Assembly (NCBI GenBank): GCA_964483725.1
Contig: CAZACQ010000003.1
Coordinates: 1 to 58,430, forward strand
DNA from: an uncultured Candidatus Peribacteria bacterium
GTDB taxonomy: Bacteria > Patescibacteriota > Gracilibacteria > Absconditabacterales > Absconditicoccaceae
Direction of reading: 5' to 3'
Length of the DNA: 58,430 nucleotides
In this document: positions 11,652 through 22,535 of the stretch, one piece after another
Position numbering within the stretch: position 1 is the stretch's first letter
Layout of the letters: each line of letters begins with the position of its first letter
Position numbers and translations under genes: made by a program
The notes under the pieces: generated by a model
Databases searched by the model: none
What the model was told of the DNA's origin: nothing
What the model saw: only the letters and a program-made list of their open reading frames with translations

Positions 11652-12785
11652 ATGAAAGAAAGTAAATTAAAATTTGAAGTAATAAAAAAAAGCTGAAAAG
11701 CTAGAGCATGAAAAATAAAATTAAATTGAAAAGAAATAACTACTCCAGTTTTTATGCCAGTAGGGACAAAAGCTACTATTAAATCTATAATACTTGATAT
11801 GTTAAATGACCCAAAATACACATGAACAGATAAAAAAATATGAATAATATTAGCAAATACATTTCATTTATATTTAAGTCCTTGAGAAAAAACTGTGAAA
11901 CATTTTTGATGAATACATAAATTTGAAAATTGGGATGGATTGGTACTAACTGATAGTTGATGATTTCAGGTTTTCTCATTATGATTAGACAAAAGAAGTA
12001 GCAGAAATAAAAAATTAGTACAAGTAAAAGATGATTGAGTTTGGTTTAAATCGCCCAAAGACTGATCTGAACACATTTTTACACCTGAAAAAGTAGTAGA
12101 TATACAGTGAGATTTATGATCAGATATTATGATGGTATTGGATGTATGTAGTCCAGTCCACTGAAATAACAAGAAAAAAACTGCAGAACAAATGCAACTT
12201 ACTCATAAATGGGCAAAAAAAGCTTTTGATTATTTTTGAGATAAATATAATGATTTGAATTGAGTTCTTTTCCCTATAGTACAATGATGACTTCATAATG
12301 ACTTGAGACTTGAATCACTAGAATACTTAAAAAACTTTGCATGGGATGGTATTGCTATATGATGAGTAAGTGTATGAGAAACAAAAGAAGAAATGTACCA
12401 GGTAGTTGATTGGCTAAGCAATGATTTACCAGAAGACAAGCCAAGATACCTTATGTGAGTATGAACTCCAGAAGACCTTAAAGAGACCATCTATCAATGA
12501 ATAGATATGTATGATTGTGTATTACCTACTAGACTAGCTAGACACTGAGTAGCTTTTCATAGTAGTTGAAAAAAACTAAGAGTAAAAAATTCACAACATA
12601 AGCTAAGTAAAGAAAGTTTGGATAATAATTGTAGTTGTTTTACATGTAGAAATTTCACAAGATGATACCTAAACCATCTATTCAAAGAAAAAGAAATGCT
12701 AGTTGCAACTTTATTATCATTACATAATATTGTACATTTGCATAATCTAACAGAAGAAATAAAAGAAGATATTATTTCTAAATAA
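11652..12785 (+). CDS. tgt: queuine tRNA-ribosyltransferase
   Basis: ATG 11652 to TAA 12783..12785 (377 aa). Motifs are TPVFMPVGTKATIK, LANTFHLYLSPG, PRYLMGVGTPEDL, DMYDCVLPTRLARHG and CSCFTCRNFTRGYLNHL. Confidence 0.9.
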
Positions 12786-12830
12786 AATTTAAGAAAAAAT
12801 ATAATATTACAAAAACTAAATACTAAAAAA

Positions 12831-13361
12831 TTGACAAAAAATCTACAAAAAAAAGAATGAATAAATTTAAAACTAAATGAAAGTGATAAAACAAAAACTA
12901 GCCAATGATTAAACTTTTTAGATATATGGAATGATATACTTAAAATTTATATAGAATTAATAAATTCATATAGTAATACAAGATGAAGATTAGAAGAAAC
13001 AACAAATAAGTTAAAAACTTATTACAATATTGATAAAATTCAATACCCTAATAATTTTAACATACAGTATAAGATATCAATAGAAGCTAAAAGTGATGAA
13101 ATATATAAACTAATTGAAAGCAAAATTTCACAATATAATTCATATATTGATAAAATTAATTTATTCATAGAGAAGCTAGAAACAATCAATAAAATAAAGG
13201 ATATAGTAGATGATAAAAAACTAAATGATAAAAATTGATATATAAACATATACAGTGAGATAATAAATTTTGAAGAATTAGAGAAAATAGATCAAATTGA
13301 TAATATACTAGAAGAAATCAAAAAGAAACAAATAGAAGAAAAAATGAAAAATATAATATAA
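12831..13361 (+). CDS. coiled-coil protein, putative TTG start (no in-frame ATG)
   Basis: The frame is open from directly after the tgt stop to TAA 13359..13361. The only plausible start is TTG 12831 (176 aa). Asn/Lys/Ile/Glu-rich heptad-like sequence. Confidence 0.35.
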
Positions 13362-13388
13362 CTAATTCATAAAATAGATATAGTTAAA

Positions 13389-14189
13389 TTGGGGAAAGAA
13401 GATATAAACTTGATTGAAAAAAAACTAAACTGAATATTAAGAAAATACTGAATAGATAATGAAGAAATACTTGAAAATATACTAGAACAAATTACTTGAG
13501 TCGATATAACAGATAAAGAAATTGAAGATACAAAAGAAGAATTATCAAAATACGAATTTAAAATAAAAGAACTGAAGACACACTATGATAAATATAATAA
13601 ATTCCAAGAGAACTTAAACTCCATAAAAGTTAAAGAATATTTTGATGGATTTGAAGAAAAAATGAATGAAAATGATATAAACTGAAAGGCAGTATTAGAA
13701 GAAAATATTAAAAAGTGGAAAAATGAGATCAAAAAACTTGATTTAAATAATGAAAAAAAATACCTTAGTATTGATAAAATAAATGATTATCAAGATAAAT
13801 TAAGCTCACTAAAAGATAATTTAGCAAAAGAATACCTAAGTATTGAAAATGATCTAGAAAATATATTAGCTATCAAAAAAGAAATAGACAAGCATGAATA
13901 TAGTGCATCAGATACATTCTCTAGTATAGAAAGTAGAATAATAAAAGAAAATAATATATCTCAATCAAGTATTATTAATAAAGAAGTCCTTATTGAGGAA
14001 TTAAAAAATGAATTAAGAAAAAAATACAACAAATCAAGAAGATGAAACAATAGAATAAGTGTATCAACTAGAAGAAGATGAGTGTCTTGAAGAAGAAGAT
14101 CATGAGGATGAAGTAGAAGTAGGAGTAGATCTAGATGATGAGGAGGAGGAAGAAGAAGATGACGTTCATGAGGAAGAAGTAGATTTTAA
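13389..14189 (+). CDS. coiled-coil protein with Arg/Gly/Ser-rich C-terminal tail, putative TTG start
   Basis: It is in the same frame as 12831..13361. TTG 13389 (first in-frame ATG only at 13662) to TAA 14187..14189. The last ~50 aa read RRGNNRISVSTRRRGVSGRRRSGGGSRSRSRSRGGGGGRRRGRSGGRSRF. The end overlaps the convergent ABC gene by 4 nt. Confidence 0.45.
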
Positions 14190-15955
14190 TGAAAATCTCC
14201 AGACTGAATATCCCAAAGTTTTTTGTAATAACCTCATTTTTCCAAAAGCTCCTGATGAGTTCACTCTTGTACAATTTTTCAATTATCAAAGACCAATATT
14301 CTATCCATTTTCATAATAGTAGAAAGTCTATGAGCAATTGCTATCACTGTTCTTCATTCCATTATCTTATCCAAAGCTTCTTGTATATACTGCTCTGATT
14401 CAGAGTCCAAACTGGATGTAGCTTCATCCAAAACCAAAATTTTATTATCTGCTAATATGGCTCTTGCTATTGCTACTCTTTGTTTTTCTCCACCACTAAG
14501 TTTTACTCCCCTTTCACCAACTAATGAATCATATCATTCAGGAAGTTTGCTGATAAACTCATGACAATGAGCAAGTTTCGATGCAGTTATAACTTCTTCA
14601 TCACTTGCATCCTCTTTTCCATAAGAAATATTTTCTTTTAATGAACGATGAAAAAGTATTGGCTCTTGAGGTACCATAGAAATCTTACTTCTCAGACTAT
14701 CTTGTTTTACTTTTGATATATCTTGTCAGTCTATAAGTATCTTACCTCAGTCAAGATCATAAAATCTAAATAAAAGCTTCATAAATGTAGATTTTCAGCT
14801 ACCTGACTGACCTACAATTCAAATTTTTTCTCAAGGCTTTATACTTAGATTCAAATTATTGAAAACTTTATCTTGATTTTTGTAAGAGAAATTTACTTTA
14901 CTAAGTTCTATAGATCATTCTGAGATACTAATTTCTTTTGCATTTTCTAGATCATTAACTCAATATGGTTTTTTCAATATATCCATCATATCCAAACTAT
15001 TTCAAATATTTGTATATATTCTTCATATTATAAAAGATAAAGAAAACATTTGGTCAGTAATTATTATTTGATAAGTAACTAATAAGACAAAAACTCAAAT
15101 ACTTATAGCTCAATCAAACCAAAGATTTATTGCAAAATATAATAAAAATATTTCTCACACTGTCAAAACAAGTGAAATACTTGCAAATACTATCATATAC
15201 ACATAAATAGATTTCAACTCTTTATTTCTCCAAGATTCAATTACATCCATAAAATTAGAAAACTCTTTTTTGAAATTTCAAAAAAGTTTAACATTGAAAC
15301 TATTAGTTATAGTATCAGAAAATATTCAAAATGCCTTTGAGTTTTCATTAGCAGCAGCTTTCTCATAAGGTACTCTATACTTATTCAAAAATAAAGATAA
15401 GAAGACAAAAGAAAGCACCCAAGATGCAAAAATAATTCATAAATATATATTTTGCAATGATATAACGACTAAAATAAAAATAAAACTAATTAATATCCTA
15501 GTAATGTTAAACAAAAACACATCCAAAAGTCTTTGCATAGAATGAGTAAGTCTTGCTACTTTTCTCATTAAACTTCATCCCATATAATTCACAAAAAAAT
15601 CATAAGAATGTTTATGAAGTATAGTAAAATTTTCTTTAGTAATATTGTAATCAATTTTCACATGAGAATAAGACAAAACAAAATCAAGTAACCTCCAAAA
15701 TACAAAAATCAATATAATAGTTGATACAAAATACCAAAAAACAGATATCATTTCAACATAGGCATCTTGTTTGCTAAGATCAGAAGAAGCTATGTCAACA
15801 ATTTCTTTAAAATAAATAGGTATTGTTAACTGCAAAATTGTTAAAATTCATATTGAAAATAAAGTTAACCAAAAAAACTTTCATATAGAAAATGCTTGTC
15901 TAAAAAAATAAGAAAAAACTTCTTTAGTTGTAGTATTATAATTTTTGTCTTTCAT
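14186..15955 (-). CDS. ABC exporter, fused permease/ATPase (MsbA/LmrA-like)
   Basis: ATG 15955 to TAA 14186 (589 aa). N-terminal 6-TM domain. Walker A GQSGSGKST, signature [14 protein letters not shown], Walker [10 protein letters not shown]. Confidence 0.85.
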
Positions 15956-15979
15956 ATATATTTATATCTTTTTACTTTT

Positions 15980-16447
15980 TTAAAGTTTTGATGCTATATA
16001 GGCCAATCATAAGGCATCAGCTGCATCATCATATTCAGGTAAATTCTCTAATCAATATATTTTCATTATAAAACTTTGTACTAATTCTTTATTAGCTTTT
16101 GAATTTCAAGTTATATATTTTTTCAATTGTATTGGAGTATATTCAAAAATTTGTACATTATTTTTTAAAAACAAACTTATCAAAGCTCATCTTATTCAAT
16201 AAACAAACTCTGCATTTGCTTGATTATATTTAGTAAAGAACAACTTTTCTATTGATAATTTATCTATAGTATATTTTGTAATCATATCTTCAAAAAAATT
16301 TATTATCTTTAATATCCTTTGAAACTGATCTTCTCTATTTGGTGATTTTTGATCAAGTAATAGTATTCATGCATCCTCAATACTTAAATCTTTTTCTATC
16401 AGAGAATATCATAACTTTCTAACTCAGGGATCTATTCACAAAATCAT
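15980..16447 (-). CDS. ruvC: crossover junction endodeoxyribonuclease RuvC
   Basis: ATG 16447 to TAA 15980 (155 aa). Sequence MILGIDPGVRKLGYS ... DDAADALGLAYIA. Confidence 0.85.
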
Positions 16448-16460
16448 TTACTATTCATAA

Positions 16461-17327
16461 CTAAAATAAACTTGCTTGTGTACCAAAATTGTAAGAATTT
16501 TTTAAATTATCTATTAGATTTTCCATAGATTTGAAATTTAACTCTTCAACCAAAATCTTTTTCATAAGATCAAAATCTAAACTTACTTCTCATACATTAT
16601 TTGCATCTATATCAGGAACCTCTAATAATTGAATCAAAGCCTTGCTTTCAAAAGCTAGATCTTTGGATTCTATTAATTTTTTTTGTACACTAATTTTGAT
16701 ATTATCGATATTCTCATATATGTTTTCTATTGTTCAATATTCTTTTATCAAATCAGATGCTGTTTTTTTTCAAATTCATTTTACTCAAGGTATATTATCT
16801 GAACTATCTCATAATAAAGCTAAATAATCAACAATATTCAAAGCAGGAAATCCCATTTCTTGTTCAAAATCTTTATAAGTTTGAGTTTGTTGTTTAACAG
16901 GATCCAAGAATACTACTTTATCAGATAATAATTGTTTTAAATCTTTATCAGAACTTATAATAGTAGATTTTCACTTATAGTTTTTTGCAATAGTATATAT
17001 AATATCATCTGCTTCATATCATTGATATCAAATAAATGGTATATTAATTCTATTTATAATATCTTTTATTACTTTTATTTGATTTTTAAATTCATTTGGC
17101 ATTTTTGGTCTATTTGCTTTGTATTCTTCAAACTGTTCATGTCTTTTGGTCTTTCATCATTCATCCCAAGCTATCAAAAACTTTTCAGGCTTATCTTGTA
17201 ATATTTTCAAAAGCATTCTAAAAAATCAATATACAGCAGCTATATCCTCTCAGTTTGAATTTTTCATTTCCGGTAAAGCATAATATGATCTGAATATATA
17301 TCATGATCAATCAAGAATATAAAACAT
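16461..17327 (-). CDS. 5'-3' exonuclease (stand-alone PolA N-terminal/FEN-like domain)
   Basis: ATG 17327 to TAG 16461 (288 aa). Motifs are LDGSGYIFRSYYA, EADDIIYT and LLGDSSDNIPGVKGIGKKTA. Confidence 0.85.
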
Positions 17328-17449
17328 ATTTTATATATTATTTTTAAGTTGTTAAAAGCCTAAAATACTAACAGTACTTTCTTATTGATTTTTTGTATAA
17401 ATTCAATATAAAGATTATTGATTTGATTTTAAATTATGAAAATTATTTA

Positions 17450-18283
17450 ATGCTAGCCTGGGAAATAAAAATATGGCTTTTACTTACTTTAATAGTAATT
17501 TTAATTCCTGTAATATTCTTATTAAAAAAATATTTTTGGAACTTTTTCTGAATATTTAAAAATATTTATAATAAACGAGAACATAAAAGAAACCTAGAAA
17601 ATATAAGAAATGATATCATTGAAAAAGATAGTAAAGAGAACAAAAATAAAGAAAAAAACTTAGAAACAGAAAATAAGCAAGTAGAAGAAAGCAAAAAAAC
17701 TAATAACAAAACTGAAAATAAAGAATTAACAAATAAAAAAATTGAGAGATTAAAATATCAAGCTATTGCATTAAAAGAAAAATGAGAATTAGATAAGTAT
17801 GAACAAAAGCTAGTTGAAGCACTATCATACGATAAAGAAAACTACTGAGTAATTAGATTATTGGCAGATTATTATTTTTCAGTGGGTAATCATAAAAAAG
17901 CACTTCCATTGCTTAAAAAAATATTAGAAAAAGAAAGCAATGATCACAAGTCTATATGGCAAGTATGACAAATTTATCTAGAAAGAGAAGACCTAGAAAC
18001 AGCTAAATTATTGGTAAACAAAGCATTATTTCTAAAAAACGATAATCCTAAATATTATGTAACAATGGCTGAAATAATGTATAGCTTAGAAAATATTAAG
18101 GATGCTATATGATACATGGAAAATGCTATCAAACTAAGGCCTCAAAATGTTGATTATCTATTAGCAACGGCTAGTTTATTTGAGGATATTTGAGATAATG
18201 AAAATGCAAAGAAATATTATTTCAAAGTCCTTGAAGTAGACCAGACCAATGAAATGGCTAAAGATAAAATAAATCAAATTTAA
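17450..18283 (+). CDS. membrane-anchored TPR-repeat protein
   Basis: ATG 17450 to TAA 18281..18283 (277 aa). One N-terminal TM helix, a Lys/Glu linker, then TPR-like repeats (A..YY...GN..KAL..L.K.L). Confidence 0.7.
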
Positions 18284-18300
18284 TTCATAAAAAATATATA

Positions 18301-18639
18301 ATGGCAAGAAAAAGAAGTAAACTATTAGCATTTAGTGTTATATTTATTATAGTTGTGTTTTTATTATCTATTGTTTGAATGTGATTTTTATATCTTAGCG
18401 AACCAACAAATCAACAAACTCAACAACTTGATTTCGAATCACAACTTTGAGAAGATTTAAGTGAAGAAGAATTATTAGAACAATTAGAATGACAAGCTGA
18501 TTTTCAAGAATTTGATAATATAGAAGAAGAATGACAAGAAGACCTATTTCAAGTAGATGAAAATGAATTTGAAGTTGATAGCAATAATGACGAAATAAAT
18601 AATGATATAGAGGAAGACATAGAACTTGAAGTTGAATAG
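18301..18639 (+). CDS. small membrane-anchored acidic protein
   Basis: ATG 18301 to TAG 18637..18639 (112 aa). Sequence is MARKRSKLLAFSVIFIIVVFLLSIVGMGF followed by a Glu/Asp/Gln-rich tail. Confidence 0.6.
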
Positions 18640-18655
18640 TTTAAATTAATAAAAT

Positions 18656-18691
18656 AAAAAAGACAGAAAAGTTAACTTTTCTGTCTTTTTT
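18656..18691. terminator. bidirectional intrinsic terminator between convergent genes
   Basis: AAAAAGACAGAAAAG-TTAA-CTTTTCTGTCTTTTT is a perfect hairpin flanked by an A-run and a T-run. It sits between 18301..18639(+) and atpA(-). Confidence 0.7.
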
Positions 18692-18710
18692 ATTACAAAT
18701 TATCAAGATA

Positions 18711-20213
18711 TTAATTTATTTCTTTTAATGTCTCATCAAGTAAAGATTTTAATGTAGTTTCAATTTCTGAACTTAACTCTTTCTTTTCAAGTATCATATC
18801 TGTCAGTCACTGATAAGTAGAATCCATTTTTTCAAAGACTTTTTTCTCGTAGTCTAGAATTTGATTAATTTCCATACTATCAAAATATCAATTAGTTCAT
18901 GCATAAATAATAACAGCTTGTTTAGCAAAACTCAAAGGCGAATTAGGAGCTTGTTTCAACATTTCTACCAATCTTTCTCATCTTTGAATTTTTTTCTGAG
19001 TTGCTTCATCCAAATCAGATGCAAATTGAGCAAAAGCAGCTAATTCTCTAAATGTAGCTAATTCTAATCTTAATTTTCAAGAAACTTTCTTAACTACTTT
19101 TGTTTGAGCTGAACCTCATACTCTACTTACTGATAATCAAACATTAATAGCTGGTCTTACTCAAGAATTAAACAAGTCAGTTTCTAAGAATATCTGTCAG
19201 TCTGTAATAGAAATAACATTAGTAGGAACATATGCAGAAACATCTCATGCTAAAGTTTCAATAATAGGAAGTGCTGTTAGAGAACCTCATCAGTTTTCTT
19301 CATTTAATCTAGCAGCTCTTTCTAATAATCTAGAATGTAAATAGAAAACATCTCATGGATAAGCTTCTCTACCTGGAGGCCTTCTTAATAGTAATGATAT
19401 CTCTCTATATGCATTAGCATGTTTACTTAAGTCATCATAAACTATCAAAGAATCCTCTCATTTTTCCATAAAATATTCTCATAAAGTACAACCTACATAA
19501 GGAGCAATATATTGTAAAATAGCAGGATCACTTGCTGGTACATTAACTACAACAGTATATTCCAATGCTCAAGAATCCTTAAGTGTTTTAAGTATTCTTT
19601 TTATCTTAGAGTCCTTTTGACCAATAGCAACATAAATACATTTCACTCAAGTTCATTTTTGATTAAGTATAGTATCAATTGCTACAGTTGTTTTACCAGT
19701 TTGCCTATCTCAAATAATTAATTCTCTTTGTCACCTTCCTATTGGAACCATACTATCAATAGCTTTAATTCAAGTTTGCAATGGAGTATCCACTGATTTT
19801 CTTTCCATAACTCAAGCAGCTATTTTTTCCAAAGGAGAATCCTTTTCAGATTTAATTTCTCAAAGTCAATCAATAGGATTTCATAATCAATCAACTACTC
19901 TACCTAAATAGTCTTCTCATACTCAAACACTAAGTACTTTACCAGTTCAAGAAACAACCTGTCATTGTGCTAGTCTTGAATAATCTCATAAAATAAGAAC
20001 TCAAACAGAGCTTTCTCACATATCTAAAACTAATCATTTTGTAGAATCCTCAAATTCAACAATTTCTGAAAACATACAATTATCTAATCATACAACAGTT
20101 GCAACTCAGTCTTTGATTTCTAATATTTCTCATTTTTGTGAAAAAGAATCTGTCAAATCAACAGAATTAACTTTCTCTTCAATCTTTTTAATAATATCTT
20201 GATGAACTGACAT
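18711..20213 (-). CDS. atpA: F0F1 ATP synthase subunit alpha
   Basis: ATG 20213 to TAA 18711. All 501 codons were translated row by row (500 aa). Motifs are [39 protein letters not shown] and ITDGQIFLE. About 45 TGA fall on conserved Gly positions. Confidence 0.95.
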
Positions 20214-20250
20214 AAATAATATTAAGTTAAATTTTAAATATAATTATCAA

Positions 20251-20703
20251 TTAAGATAACAATTTATCAATATCTTTTTCTAAGTTTCTTTTATAATACG
20301 AACCTTCTCACTTTACAAAAATTCATAAGTCTTTTGATTTAAAAGAATCTAATTCACAATCTCAAAAATTTTTATTCAATGAATCTAAAACTTCTTGATA
20401 AGATACATTATCTCATGAAATTAAATCAAAGGACTTCTTATAATTAGTTAGTTCTTTAACCAAAACTATTAATTTTGAAATAGAATCAGTTGTGTATTTT
20501 CAATACTTATCCAAAAGCAAAATAAAAGAATAAATATCTTCATCAACTTCTTTAAGTAAATATGAAAAATTTGATAAAAAAACCTTCTTTCAATATTTTT
20601 TTGAAAGAAACAAAGAGACTTTCAATAAAGAAAGCAGATCATTAGGATTATCAAATCATTCAACTAAAGTTTTAGAAAACTTTTTATTAGATATATATTT
20701 CAT
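20251..20703 (-). CDS. atpH: F0F1 ATP synthase subunit delta (OSCP-like)
   Basis: ATG 20703 to TAA 20251 (150 aa). Its position between atpF and atpA supports the call. The C-terminus LGIFVKGEGSYYKRNLEKDIDKL is delta-like. The sequence is divergent. Confidence 0.65.
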
Positions 20704-20718
20704 TAAACACAATATATA

Positions 20719-21210
20719 TTATTTATTAAATTCTTGAATAAGTTTTTTAATATACTCATCTTGAAAATCTACATTTCTATCAAATAATTTTGTCAAAACA
20801 GTCTTTGTTGTATCTTTAACTGACTGCTCCCAATTATTTTCAAGATCTTTTTTGATTTTTTCTGATTCAATTTGAGCATTATTAACAATATCTTCAGCTT
20901 TTTTATTAGCAGAACTAATAATTTTTTCTTTTTCTTTTTCTGCTAACTGATTTGCTTCTGCTAATATTGACTCTTTATGTTTAGATGCTTGTTCCACTAG
21001 CTCTTCATACTTTTTATTTGCAGATTCTATAATATTTTCATATTCTTCATCTGCATTTTTAAGCTTATTCATAAGTTCCTTTCTTTCATTAATAGCAGAT
21101 ATTATTTTATCTGCAAAAAAATATTTAAAAAGAAAGAAAAAAATTATTAAATTTACAACTTGCAGTGAAACATTAAACAAGATCTGAAGAACATCATTTT
21201 CAAAAGACAT
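20719..21210 (-). CDS. atpF: F0F1 ATP synthase subunit b
   Basis: Track ORF of 163 aa, ending in TAA and free of TGA. An N-terminal TM helix is followed by a long charged helix. It lies between atpE and atpH. Confidence 0.8.
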   Translation of the reverse strand: MSFENDVLQILFNVSLQVVNLIIFFFLFKYFFADKIISAINERKELMNKLKNADEEYENIIESANKKYEELVEQASKHKESILAEANQLAEKEKEKIISSANKKAEDIVNNAQIESEKIKKDLENNWEQSVKDTTKTVLTKLFDRNVDFQDEYIKKLIQEFNK

Positions 21211-21284
21211 AATACTTTATTACAAAATTAAATCGCAGCCTCAATTTAATATAAAGACTGCATATAGATTAATTATTTAAATTA

Positions 21285-21488
21285 TTATAATATCATAATA
21301 GCAACAACTAAAGCAAAAATAGCTGTAGCTTCAGCAAAAGCAATAGATAAAATAGCTGCTGGCAGATACTTCTTTTCCATTTCAGGATTTCTAGAAAGAG
21401 ATTCCAACCAAGCTTTACCAATCATACCAATACCAATACCAGCTCACAATACTCAAACCATAGCAATACCAGCTCACAAAATTTCCAT
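21285..21488 (-). CDS. atpE: F0F1 ATP synthase subunit c
   Basis: ATG 21488 to TAA 21285 (67 aa). Sequence MEILGAGIAMVGVLGAGIGIGMIGKAWLESLSRNPE...AEATAIFALVVAIMIL. Three TGA complete the GxGxGxG motif. Confidence 0.9.
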
Positions 21489-21536
21489 TTCGATTAGAAT
21501 TTAATTATATAAAATATTAATTTTAGACAAAATGAC

Positions 21537-22298
21537 TTAATGAACAGATTCAGCCATTTTGAAATATACACACACAAGCAAAGCAAACACAAATGCCTGC
21601 AAGAAAGACACCAAAAACTCAAAAGCTATTACAAACACAGGAAAACCTACAGGTATAAATCAAATAGCAAGAGTTAACAGCACTACTCATGCAAATATAT
21701 TTCAAAAAAGCCTAAGAGTCAATGAAAACATTTTTGCAAATTCAGATATAATCTCCAAAACTCAAACAAACAATCATATAATAATATCAAAAAACTTAAG
21801 AACAAATGTCTTAAAACTATTAACTTCTTCTACAAGACCAACTCATTTATAAGGCACATACTTCTCAATAAAATGAAGTCAATTTTTTTGAAAACCATAA
21901 AATAGTGATGCCAAAACTCAAACAACAGCTAAAATAGCATTAAAAGCTATATCAGTAGCAACTGGTCTGAACCATTCATAAACAGCTGGAATAGCTAAAG
22001 CAAATAGATCTCCAAATAAACCAAACATATTCACCCAAAGCAAATAGAAAAACACAAACAACACATATCCCATCGCATATCTTGGTATTCACTCTCAAAT
22101 AGAATTGAAAAAAGACAACATTCACTCTACAAAAACTTCCACAATAACTACAAATCAGTTTTTAGGATTTCTTGATTTAATATAGTTATAAATTATTAAG
22201 AATAATATAAAAAATATTGTAGCAACGAAAGCTGTTATAAAAGATTGTGAAAGACTTAAACCAAAAACTTCTATATATTTGGGAGTAATGTCTGGCAT
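21537..22298 (-). CDS. atpB: F0F1 ATP synthase subunit a
   Basis: ATG 22298 to TAA 21537 (253 aa). It contains the essential-Arg helix ...FSLTLRLFGNIFAGVVLL. Confidence 0.9.
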
Positions 22299-22329
22299 AA
22301 ATAAACAATAAATCTATATAAATTTCAGT

Positions 22330-22484
22330 AAAAAAACCAAGGAGCCGTGGAACTTAGTATCTCTACCCCCCTATAATACAAAGTGGATAGCTCGACCTTG
22401 GCAGGACCAAGATATACCGGCTTCCTGTATTAAAATTGATGTGGAGGAGATAAAGATAAGCTCACCAACCCCTCAGATTTTTAC
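22330..22484 (-). ncRNA. candidate structured ncRNA or leader (class unknown), GC-rich rod-like hairpin ending in U7
   Basis: It lies in the 237-nt dprA-atpB spacer. A ~140-nt core (22476..22337 on the minus strand) is much more GC-rich than its surroundings. It folds into one long irregular hairpin with about 11 G.U pairs, so the fold is specific to the minus strand. A possible TTGAAA-16-TATACA promoter lies at 22518..22491, and a U7 tract at 22336..22330. Confidence 0.5.
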
Positions 22485-22535
22485 ACCTAATGTATAAAGG
22501 TTTTATCAGTTTTTTCAAGAGAAAATTAACAAATC

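Noticed and set aside
14059-14316. Acidic 85-aa ORF (EEDECLEEEDHEDEVE...).
   Set aside because: It needs a GTG start immediately after a TAA and overlaps ~130 nt of the 3' end of the convergent ABC transporter. The alternative code-25 frame continues the upstream ORF and stops with a 4-nt overlap. It is kept as a finding because the choice should be verified.
22330-22484. Assigning the GC-rich structured element to a known class (SRP/4.5S RNA, tmRNA, RNase P RNA, 6S RNA, tRNA, 5S).
   Set aside because: I could not find the SRP helix-8 GGAA tetraloop or AGCA motif. Nor could I find a tRNA-like T-arm or CCA end, the RNase P GAGGAAAGUCC or ACAGAACCCGGCUUA boxes, or a cloverleaf. It is too short for tmRNA or RNase P. 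The class is left open.
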